Below, piece by piece: positions 38,409-64,000 of a DNA stretch of 64,000 nt. How positions within the stretch are numbered: the first letter of the stretch is position 1; the number at the start of each line of letters is the position of its first letter. Below the pieces are notes generated by a model that did not search any database, was not told the origin of the DNA, and saw nothing but the letters and a program-made list of their open reading frames with translations. This DNA is from the human T2T-CHM13v2.0 reference genome, Homo sapiens: assembly GCF_009914755.1 (NCBI RefSeq), contig NC_060940.1; one strand, 5' to 3'. Both the position numbers and the translations under genes were made by a program.

Positions 38409-38643
38409 ACAGAAATCTCTTTCAGATAGATTTTCAGAAGTAAGATGACTGGTTCAAAGTGTAAATGCTTGCTGGGCGCGGTGGCTCATGCCTGTAATCC
38501 CGCACTTTGGGAGGTCGAGGCGGGCAGATCACCTGAGGTAAAGAGTTCAAGGCCAGCCTGACCAACATGGAGAAACCCCGTCTCTACTAAAAATCCAAAA
38601 TTAGCCAGGCGTGGTGGCTCATGGCTGTAATCCCAGCTACTCA

Positions 38644-38811
<168 letters not shown>

Positions 38812-39383
38812 TCATCCCAGCACTTTAGGAGGCTGAGGCAAGGGGATTGCTTGAGTTTGAGACCAGCCTGGACAACATAGCGAGACCCTGTCTCTACAAA
38901 TAACTTTTAAAATTAGCTGGGTGTGGTGGTGTGTGCTTGTGGTCCCAGCTACTTAGGAGGTTGAGGCAAGAGGATCACCTAAGCCCAGGAGATCAAGGTT
39001 GCAGTGAGCTGCGATTGTACCACTGTACTCCCGCCTGTGTTAAAGAGACCCTGCTCAAAACAACAACAATAAAACAAAATGTAAATACATTTGTAATTTT
39101 GATAAACATTTTCTGGCTTGTATCATTTTCCATTCCCACCAACAATGGGTGAAAGGACCCATCTCCCCACAATCTTGCCAAAAGAGTGTTTTGCCAAACT
39201 TACATCTGTATATGTGTCTAAGGCCTTATTGTTTTTGTGAACTGTCATGTTCTTTGCCCATTTTTTGTTGAACTACCGGTCTTTCTTATCAATATATGAG
39301 AGCTCTTTAAACAGTAGGGAGATTAGACCGTTGTATGCAATAATAGCTGCAAATATTTTTCCCAGTTTTTTTTTTTTTCCTGA

Positions 39384-39602
<219 letters not shown>

Positions 39603-40016
39603 TGATCTTCCCACCTCGACCTCTCAAAGTGCTGGGACTACATGCATGAGCCACTGCGCCCCAACAGTTGTCTTTTGATTTTACTTATGATGTTTTTTGC
39701 CATGCAGAATTGTTGTATGTAGACAAAGGTATTAATCTCTTCTTTTACAGTTTCTGTATTCTGAGTTGGAGTTGGAAGGGCCTTCCTCACTCCAGAAGTT
39801 ATAAAAGATTTTGACCATATTTTCTTCTAGCATTTTATTTAATTTTTTTTTTTTTTTTTTTTTTTTTGAGACAGAGTCTCGCTCTGTCACCTAGGCTGGG
39901 GTACAGTGGTGCAATCTTGGCTCACTGCAACCTCCATCTCCTGGGTTCAAGCGATTCTCCTGCGTCAGTCTCCTGAGTAGCTGGGACTACAGGGGTGTGC
40001 CACCATGCCCGGCTAA

Positions 40017-40196
<180 letters not shown>

Positions 40197-40198
40197 TA

Positions 40199-41013
<815 letters not shown>

Positions 41014-41571
41014 TCAGCTTAAAATGTCTGTGGGACCTCCAGGAGGCAAGTGGATTCAAGGGTCTGGAGTTAGGAGAAATTTGGGGCTGGAGATAGGGAC
41101 TTGCAGGCCAGCATACGGTTATTCAAAGCCACAAGAGTATGTAAATAGTTTGAGGAAGAGAGGGTCTCAGATGAAACTCTAGGGAGTGGTCAAGTTTAAG
41201 CCCAAAACATGCCCATGGGGAGAGAGCTATGGGGGTGTATCGTCTCCATGGCCCTTAGGGCTTGGCACAGAAATAGCCTCAGAGATGTCTGTAGGGTTAA
41301 CTGCAGCCCTTACTTGAGTCCTGTGTGGATATCTTTGGCTGCTTGGGACACAGCTCACAGGGAGAAGGGGAGGAACAATAACCTCGCTGGCAATCAGCCC
41401 TAACCCAGCGGTGTGGCAGAGACCTGAGACGGGGGCCGGGGGAGGCTCAGTGGGTATAAGTCATCTGCCCCTCCTCCCCCAGACAGTCCAAAGCAGGATA
41501 TCAATAGGTGGCAGCAAGTCCCCAAGGGTAGGTGGAACACGGCCACCCGAACTGGTATTTCCCTGGGATCA

Positions 41572-41823
<252 letters not shown>

Positions 41824-42321
41824 TCAAGTCTTCAGTGAGGCATGATCGCACCACTGAACTCCAGGCTGGGTGACAAAGCAAGACCCTGTCTCAACATCAA
41901 TAACAACGAAAAAATACAAACTGTGGAGCTCCAGCATCTGGGTTAAAATTCCGGCTGTATCCTTTACTGGCTGTGTAACCTCAGGCAAGTTCCTCAATTT
42001 CTCTGTGCCTCCACTCCTTCCTTTATAAAATGAGAACAGTAATAGTACCTCCCTCATAAAACTGTTATGAGATTAAATGAGTTAATAAAGTGCTTATGTT
42101 AGTGTCTGGCACATAAAGTGCTTTATAAATATTGAATAAGAAATAATTTCATTCATTTGTGAGTATTTGTCAAGTGGCTACTGTGTACCAGGCACTGTTG
42201 TAGGTGCTGGGGGCACAACTGGGGGTAAGGCAGGCGAAAACCCTTGTCCTGTGGAGCTTACATTCTAGTTGACGGGGGAGCAGTGATAACAGACAATACG
42301 TAAAATTTTTTTTTTTTTTGA

Positions 42322-42753
<432 letters not shown>

Positions 42754-42941
42754 TGAGACTACAGACACCCGCCACCACGCCCAGCTAATGTTTTTGTATT
42801 TTTAGTAGAGACGGGGTTTCACCGTGTTAGCCAGGATGGTCTCGATCTCCTGACCTCGTGATCCACCCGCCTCGGCCTCCCAAAGTGCTGGGATTACAGG
42901 TGTGAGCCACCGTGCCCGGCCTATTTTTATATTTAGCATAG

Positions 42942-43244
<303 letters not shown>

Positions 43245-44044
43245 TAAATTATTTATTTATTTATTTTTTGAGACAGAGTCTCACTCTGTCTCCCAGGCTG
43301 GAGTGCAGTGGCGTGATCTTGGCTCATTGCAACCTCTGCCTTCCAGGTTGAAGTGATTCTCTTGCCTCAGCCTCCCCAGTAGCTGGGATTACAGGCATGC
43401 ACCACCACACCCGGCTAATTTTTGTATTTTTAGTAGAGACAGCGTTTCTCCATGTTGGCCAGGCTGGTCTCAAACTCCTGACCTCAGGTGATCCACCCAC
43501 CTCAGCCTCCCAAAGTGCTGGGATTACAGGTGTGAGCCACCGCACCCGGCCTTATTTTTTATTTTGTAGAGATGGGGTCTCACTATGTCGTCCAGACTAG
43601 TCTCAAACTCCTGAGCTCAAGCAATCCTCCTGCCTCAGCCTCCCAAAGTGCTGAGATTACAGGCATGAGCCACCATGCCTAGCTCAATATGTAAATAAAT
43701 TAGCAAAATATATGGTATGTCAGCTCCAAGTGGAGACACAAGAGATGGGTGTGAGCTGGCAAGGCTGATAGCCCTGGCCCTGGTGCACAGTGGGACCCAG
43801 AAGACGGAGAGCAGAAGGAAGTCCCCAGATAGGCAGCAACATGGACCCTCTAGCAGAGACATTAGAGCTGCTAAAAGATTCAGAGTAACAATCATCGCCG
43901 TCATACAACAGCAGGAAGCACTGACATACTGACATTCCACACCAGGTGCTGTTCTGTTTGCTTTACAAATATCACTTCATCTTTACAGCAGTCCTATGAA
44001 TATGGTGCTATTATTATTTGGATTTTTCTGTTTCTTTTTTTTGA

Positions 44045-44648
<604 letters not shown>

Positions 44649-46235
44649 CTAGAGTTATTACAGTGGGTGAATGGGCTGGGATTCCAACCCAGGTCGTCTG
44701 GCTCCCATGTGGATAGGTCTGGACCCACAGGTAGAGGGGACAAGACAAATTGCCAAGCCTCAGGACTGGGTAGAGCAAGACAGGATCAACAACCTCTCCA
44801 GTAGTTGGCTCCAACCTAGCAGGTGTGGGAGAGGACCTGTGACAGGGGCGGGAGAAGGCTTAGTGGGGCCGGCAGTCCACCCACTCCTCCCCCAAGACAG
44901 TCCAAAGCAATAGGTGACAGCAAGCCCCCAAGGGTGGGTGGAACACGGGAAGCCACCCCAGCTGGTATTTTCCTTGGATCATAGTGTAGAAGTTAAGAAA
45001 CACACCCCACCCCCCAACAGCTGCACAGTCTGGAGCGAATATACACGCCCACCACCCACACACCCAAGACCCAATACACTTTTTTAAACTTTATTTTTAC
45101 TTCTATTTATTTATTTTTAATTATTTTTTAAAAATCTAATTAGAGATGAGGTCTTAGGCTGGGCACAGTGGCTCATGCCTGTAACCCCAGCACTTCGGGA
45201 GGCCGAGGCAGGCAGATCACGAGGCGGGAGGATCACGAGGTCAGGAGTTCGAGACCAGCCTGGCCAATATGGTGAAACCCCATCTCTGCTAAAAATACAA
45301 AAATGAGCTGGGCGCGGTGGTGTGCACCTGTAATCTCAGCTACTTGGGAGGCTGAGGCAGAATTGTTTGAACTCAGGAGGCGGATGCTGCAGTGAGCTGA
45401 GATCGTGCCACTGCACTCCAGTCTGGGAGACAGAGCGAGACTACGTCTCAAAACAAACAAACAAACAAACAAACAACAACAACAAAAACAGAGATAAGGT
45501 CTTGGCATGTTGCCCAGGCTGGTCTCAAGTCCTGGGCTCAAAGGATTCTCCTGCCTCAGCCTCCCAAAGTGCTAGGATTACAGGCGTGAACCACTGCACC
45601 CACCCTACTTTTTTTTTTTTTTTTTTTTTATACAGGATCTCACTCTGTCACCCGGGCTGGAGTGCAGTGGCAAGATCACTGCTGACTGTACCCTTGACCT
45701 CAGGGACTCAAGTGATCCTCCTGCCTCAGCCTCCTGAGTAGCTGGGACTACAGGAGAGCGCCAGCACACCTGGGTAATTAAGATTTTTTTTGTAGAGACA
45801 GACGCTATGTTGCCCAGGCTGCTCTCGAACTCCTGGCTTCAAGTGATACACCCTTGGCCTCCTAAAGTGCTGGGATCACAGGCATGAGCCACTGCACCTA
45901 GCCTAATATAGTTAATATCCCCGTCAAGGCTGCTCAGAGGGCCTGAGAGGAACAAAGGGCTCAGCTCTGGAGAGCTCCACCCCCAGCGCCAATCTCTCTA
46001 AATGGCCTCTTTCCTCTCCATATTCCACCACAAGGCTTGGAGTCCAGCTTCCTGTGACCTTAAGTCACCATTCCAAAGCCCTGCGATCTCACCCAGAGAC
46101 CACAAGTGAAATAATATTATAATCCTGAGAAGTTTAGTGGACCAAGATGGCATGCCATCAAGACGCTGAGAAACAAAGAGGAAGATGGGACCAGGGGGCC
46201 CAGAAGACGCTGGAACCCACAGTATTAAAAGCTCA

Positions 46236-46400
<165 letters not shown>

Positions 46401-46964
46401 TTAGTACCAGCTACTTGGGAGGCTGAGGCAGGAGGATTGACTGAACCTGAGAGCACACCACTGCACTCCAGCCTGGATGACAGAACCAGACCTGACCTCA
46501 AAGAGAAAAAAAAAAAAAAAAAAAAAGCCCAGAGGGGAGGGCACCCTCAACAGTTTTCCAGCCCCTTCCACATCCTTCCTAACCTCACTTGATAGTGTTC
46601 AAGTCCTACCTTAGGCAAGGCAGAAATTATAGGACCAAGCCGCCAAATGGGGAAATTGAGTCCCAGAGAGAAGTAATGCATTATTTAAGATCCCATGCAG
46701 GACTATGAGTCAGGGGTCCAAGAGCCCTTCCACCGTGTGCCACTCAGAGACACAGAGTAGGAGGGGGAAGGGGGTCGGGTGGCAGGGGACAAAAGATGCA
46801 GGAGGCAAGCAGCAGTGACTGAAGAGGCAGAGGCTGACATGAAAGACCCAGGAGCAGAGAATCTTTCCTTATCATCTCCAGGGGACACCACTGGGCAGGG
46901 CTTGGCCTCCGGAAAAACCCTGCATTCCCTCTGTGGGTTCATCAGGGCACCACTCTCCTACTAG

Positions 46965-47159
<195 letters not shown>

Positions 47160-48730
47160 TAGAGACAGGGTTTCGCCATGTTGGCCAGGCTGGTCTCCAA
47201 CTCCTGGCCTCAGGTGATCTGCCTGCCTCAGCCTCCCAAAGTGCTGGGATTACAGGCATGAGCCACCACACCCTGCCTGAGCTGGGTTTTAACAGGAAGA
47301 GGAGAAGAGCCAAAACTCCTCACATAGAATCACACAGCACTTGACAGTTTCCAACCTCATCATCACTGAAGTTTAGAGCAGCCGATACCCATAAAGATGA
47401 TCTCCCCATCCCCCTACAGTTACCCACTGTGCAGAGGGAGATCCACACTTAGAGACAGGAAGCGATTTCCAGAAGTCCATAGCAACTCAGTCCCAGGAAT
47501 CTAGGTTTCCTGACCAGGGCATAGCAGAAAGGGTCCATTCCTTTCCTTGCTTGTACCTTCACAGAAGCTTCCTGGACAGAGCCCTGGGGTCCAGGAGACC
47601 TGTTATTCATTCCCGGCTATGCTGAGACTTGCTGAGTGACCTTGGGGACTCCTTCTAGAGAATATAAGTTCCACGAGTGCAGGAATTTTTGTCTATTAGT
47701 CCTTGATGTATCTCCAGCCCTAGAACAGTGTTTGGCCCATACTATGTGCCCAAAAAATATCCATTAAATGACTGAATGTTGCTGTGCATGGTGGTGCATG
47801 CCTGTAATCCCAGCACTTTGGGAAGCTGAGGCAGAAGGATTGCTTAAGCCCAGGAGTTAGAGACCAGCTTGGACAACATAGTGAGACCGCATCTCGTAAA
47901 AATTTTTAAAAATAAAAAATGAGTGAATATCTAGATAGCCAGGATTAGAGAAGTGTCACAGTCAGAAAGCCTGAAGCCTAAAGAAGACCAAGGAACCAGG
48001 GGCTTTATCCTCAGATACATGAAAGCCTGAAATTCTGTCCACAAGTATTTATAGAGGGCCCGTAATGTTCTTGGTACTGGGCTAGGAACTCCCCAGATTC
48101 AGTTAAGAACAAAGTCATTACCTGGCCTCAGATGCAAGGCAGGGGCTGGGGGGTGTGAGTGGCAGGGAGGCAGCGTGATCAATACAAACACTTTTCTTAG
48201 CCTGAGCTGCCCTGACATGGTCTGACGGCTCACAAGGTGGTGAGTGCAGCCGGGCTGCAGTGTTCAAGGAGGGCGCCGGCTGGCCGCCCACCTGTCAGAG
48301 GCTGCGCCAGAAGGATGCGGAAGAAGAGATTTCTGCCTTGGCTGAGGTCACTTCCCACCCCCAGATTCCCTGCCCACACAACCCTGCAATTTTCTGACGC
48401 TGACGACTCGGATCCTATTATTTCCCGATTTTCAAGGTCCCATGATGCTGACAGCCCCAAATGCTAAGTCGTCAGTCCGCCCACGCCCTGGACCCGAAAG
48501 CAATAAAGGCGAGGTCAGCAAGGGTCCTACCACCCACTGCCTCGAAAGGCCTCTGGGGGTGGTCGGCGCGCCCCTCCCCACCTCGCGGGGGCCGTGTGGG
48601 CGTCGCTCGGTCGTTGGGGTGCCGGGGACGTCGTGATGAGAACGGCGTCCCAGAGACGGCGGTGACAGAGCCGGGACACGTGACAGTCACAGGGTCACAT
48701 TCTGCGGTCCACGAGTTTGGGACCGGGCTG

Positions 48731-48740
48731 GTCACGTGAC
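48731..48740. promoter_or_regulatory. CLEAR element GTCACGTGAC (TFEB/TFE3/USF E-box)
   Basis: Exact palindromic CLEAR consensus; second near-match GACACGTGAC at 48675-48684. Confidence 0.65.
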
Positions 48741-49242
48741 GCGGTGGGGGCACCATGGGGTGATGTGAGATGCGGGTGTCTCGGATTACGTACAAATGAC
48801 GTATTCCTACCCCTTTTGGCAACCAGATTTCCGTTGGAAGATGCAACGGTTCCGGTGACGGTAGCAAGTTCTCGCGTCCAGGCATCTCCGCTTCCGCTCG
48901 GGGCGCAACAACTTCCGACTCCACCTTCCCAGCCTCGGGCAAGGAAGAGACGCGACCATGTGCGCATGCCCCGAATTTATCACGGAGGGGCGGGGCTGAG
49001 GCTGCGGGAGCTGGAGCGGGGAAGAAAAGGGAATTCCAACCTGTGGAACCTTGGGGGGTCCCCGGGGTCGGCGCCTTCCCATTGACTGTGGGCGGTGCAA
49101 GGGACGGAGCCTCTGGCGGCTCGTGGGGGTGTTGGGGTCCGCAGGGGGAGGGAGGGGAGTGTCAGAGTGTGAGCGGGGTACGGGAATTCCAAATTTGAGG
49201 GCCTCCCGGCTCTGGCGCCGGGGAGGGAGAGCTCAGGCCGCC

Positions 49243-55241
<5,999 letters not shown>

Positions 55242-55256
55242 TGTCGCACATTGTTG

Positions 55257-55349
55257 GTGAGATGTTGTGGGCTGCCCCCTGGCCTGCCCCAGCCCTGGCC
55301 CCAGCCCTCCCTCCTCCCTCAGACCCTGTTCTCCCTCCTTTCCTTACAG
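55257..55349 (+). other. STX4: STX4 3'-UTR intron (93 nt)
   Basis: Donor TTG|GTGAGA 15 nt after the stop; long pyrimidine tract ending CCTTACAG|G. Confidence 0.8.
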
Positions 55350-55578
55350 GCACTAGGAGCACCAGGAACCCAGGGCCTGGCCTTCTCTCCCAGCAGCCTG
55401 GGGGGCAGGGCAGAGCCTCCAGTCGGACCCCTTCCTCACACTGGCCCCTATGCAGAAGGGCAGACAGTTCTTCTGGGGTTGGCAGCTGCTCATTCATGAT
55501 GGCCTCCTCCTTCAGGCCTCAATGCCTGGGGGAGGCCTGCACTGTCCTGATTGGCCGGGACACACGGTTTTGTAAAAA

Positions 55579-55584
55579 ATTAAA
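55579..55584 (+). terminator. STX4: STX4 poly(A) signal ATTAAA
   Basis: TGTA upstream (55571-55574), GT-rich element downstream (55611-55625). Confidence 0.7.
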
Positions 55585-56117
55585 AAACAAAAAAAGAGCA
55601 TAGAAAGCCCTGTGCACGTGTGTTCCTGGAAGGGCTGGCCCAAGGCTTCCGGGCATCCAACCTCCTTACCTCCTGGACGTCCCCAGGGCCAGGTCTGGCC
55701 CTGGCTGCTCAGGTCAAACTGCCAGGGGTGCTGTGCCCACAGCAGGCTGGTTCTGCCTTTCTGCACCCCCATAGGAATGGGTGGGCAGGGAGGGGTAACA
55801 CCGGCATCTAGCTCCTGGCTCAGTACTGTCCCCGGGAAAGGACCACTGTGAGTATCTGTCTTGGAAATGATGAGGCTGACCAGGCCAGGCTGGGACGCAG
55901 GTGAGATGGGGGTTTGGGTGGCATCAGTGGGCCTTCTTGTGGCCCAGAGGAAGAGGCACCATGAAAAAATGCCTAATTGAGGCTGTCACTTTGGATGCAG
56001 TGGATAGGGATGGTCTGGTTTCAGCAGGGATGACATTGGAGTGGGATGTTAAGCTGGGGAAGAGGTTGCCAGTCAGAAAGCACAGGAGGCCGGGCCCTGT
56101 GACCAACAAAAGCATCA

Positions 56118-57443
<1,326 letters not shown>

Positions 57444-57444
57444 C

Positions 57445-58050
57445 CCCGACACCTAGTTTTAAAGGGTAAGCCGGCTCCTGGCACCTGCCTACTTGCAGTA
57501 GGGCGGCGCCTAGCTCTGACCTCCAAGGTCTGGGGACTGCGTCGCAGCCGCCCAGTCCATCCCACTTTCAATCTTACAGGCCCCTGCTGTTGCTGCCGCT
57601 GCCGCCGCTCCCAGCTGCCCAGTCTGGCGGGCTCAGTCCCGCGTTGCCATGTGTGGGAGACCGCGTCGCGTAAGCGCTGGATGTGGCTTCGCTGATGCAC
57701 ATTGGACCGGGCTCTGGACTGGGCTAGGGGAAGGGCAGGAGGGCGGAATTGGGCCCGAGGGCCAGGCCTCGCCGACCCCCGACTGCGCCTCCCGGTGGCC
57801 CCGCAGCGCCTCCCGGTGGCCCTGGAGTGCAGGTCTTACCGTCCGAGATCGTCCGCAACTGGGCGAGCTGTGCATGGGGCGTGGCTAAGGCCGTGGTTTG
57901 GTTACGATTGGCCAGCGGGACTTAAGTGTTGTCTCTGAAGAGCATGGACATTAGTCTGGAGGGTCCTGGAAGAGTGATCCCCGCCCCACCATCAAATGGC
58001 GCTTAGGTCTAGGAAGCGGGTGTGGGTGGGGCCTTAGGGCGAGGCGCAGA
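57445..58050. promoter_or_regulatory. Orphan CpG-island promoter downstream of STX4
   Basis: CpG-rich unique DNA; ATTGG/CCAAT at 57701, 57748 and 57907; GC boxes at 57876-57885 and 57979-57987; YY1-like AAATGGCG at 57994-58001. Confidence 0.7.
57785..57822 (-). promoter_or_regulatory. Tandem CTCF motifs (reverse orientation)
   Basis: GCGCCTCCCGGTGGCCC twice with a 21-bp period; the minus strand reads GGCCACCGGGAGGCGC. Confidence 0.7.
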
Positions 58051-58374
58051 CACACCCCGAAGTGGTTGGATTGTATACCGCAAGGGGCTGGATCGAACCC
58101 CCCAAAGACACTGGAAGGCTGTGTGGCTGAGGAGGGCCCGGCAGATCCAGTGTGTCGTGGGCTTTACAGGAAAGAGCTCCACCTTCTCTGGAGTGTGCAG
58201 ATGCGATCTAGGTGTGTCCACCCGATGGGAGCTGCGGGCCGGGCAGATGCTGCCCCAGTACAAAGCTGATTTGGACCTGGGGCCTCTGGACTTCCCTGAT
58301 TCTCTGCTTGCATCTCCAGCAAAGTCCTGTCCCGTTGGCTGCCTTCATCCACTCTCTCACTTCTCTGCCTTCAG

Positions 58375-58680
58375 AGTAAAATTGCAAGATCTGTGGTGCT
58401 TACTGGGATCTGATAGAGTCTCTCGGCATCCACTGTCTATGCAGCGGGTGTCCACCTGCAGCGGGGGCCATGTGCAGCGGGGGGCCACGTGCAGTGTGTG
58501 CCTCTTCTTAGCCATGCTGGACAGCGCCGCCCCTGAAAAGCAGCTCCCCGGTTTCACCCAGAAAGCCATCCAGAACCTCCTGGAAAAGGTGGCCTGATGG
58601 CCAAGTGGCCTCGGATGCCAGGCTCAATCCTTTGAACTTTTCCTGTGGGCTGTCAGGACCCATAGAAGGTCTTTGAGCAG
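58375..58680 (+). ncRNA. Candidate exon of a spliced, probably long non-coding, transcript
   Basis: Acceptor CTCTCAC-TTCTCTGCCTTCAG| at 58374 and perfect donor CAG|GTGAGT at 58680/58681, next to the orphan promoter. Confidence 0.45.
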
Positions 58681-59044
58681 GTGAGTTTGGAGCAGATCTG
58701 GTAGGCAAGCGAACAGATGGATGCGTGCACTGGAGATTCCGTGGGTTCCCCTGTGTACATCTCTTCCCTTTGGGAAACTGCCCTGAGTGAGGGGCTAAGG
58801 GCAGGATTTGCATTGAAATCCTAGCTTTGCTGCTGTCAGCCCAACTTTTAGGCAACAGGGTCTTGGTTTGATGTGACATTTCCAAGTCCATCTTGTATCA
58901 CAACCTGTCAGCTGCAGCTCACTTATTCAATCTATTGTGGTTCAAGTTCCCAAGAAAATGAATCAGTCTGGTCTGCTCTCCAGATCAGATTACGTTTACT
59001 TGCCTAGGAATTGTCTGCCCTTTAACTCAAGACTTTGCACTGTT

Positions 59045-64000
<4,956 letters not shown>

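Noticed and set aside
49051-49242. Open frame upstream of the STX4 ATG
   Set aside because: Starts only at TTG; the main ATG has an optimal GCCGCC context; expected by chance in GC-rich DNA
57649-57888. 79-aa ORF beginning MCGR, like the HMCES/SRAP N-terminus
   Set aside because: Similarity stops after four residues and a strong donor interrupts it at codon 7

Overview
Human genomic DNA. The gene order matches chr16p11.2 as I recall it. From left to right: the extreme 3' end of an upstream + strand gene (by synteny SETD1A; ATTAAA at 86-91); the complete HSD3B7 gene (+, 6 coding exons, 369 aa); STX1B (-, 10 exons, 288 aa, ~3.5 kb 3' UTR, tail-to-tail with HSD3B7); a ~22 kb Alu/LTR-saturated spacer; STX4 (+, 10 coding exons plus a 3'-UTR intron, 297 aa, head-to-head with STX1B); and an orphan CpG-island promoter at ~57.4-58.7 kb followed by Alu/MaLR repeats. 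All three CDSs were rebuilt exon by exon with GT-AG boundaries and consistent phases. Nearly all ORFs in the supplied track are spurious (Alu-derived, GC-rich or simple-repeat). Main candidates for a second look: (i) the orphan promoter, with a tandem CTCF doublet, splice donors on both strands, a strong internal exon and small ORFs; (ii) convergent CTCF motifs (555 + and 57785-57822 -) bracketing HSD3B7-STX1B-STX4; (iii) paralogous intron-9-retention routes to TMD-less syntaxins, with STX4's 3'-UTR intron placed so that only its TMD-less product is an NMD target; (iv) a 274-bp pure pyrimidine (TTC/GAA) tract upstream of STX1B; (v) a diverged ~220-bp direct duplication in the spacer. No clearly new protein-coding system is demonstrated; these are hypotheses.
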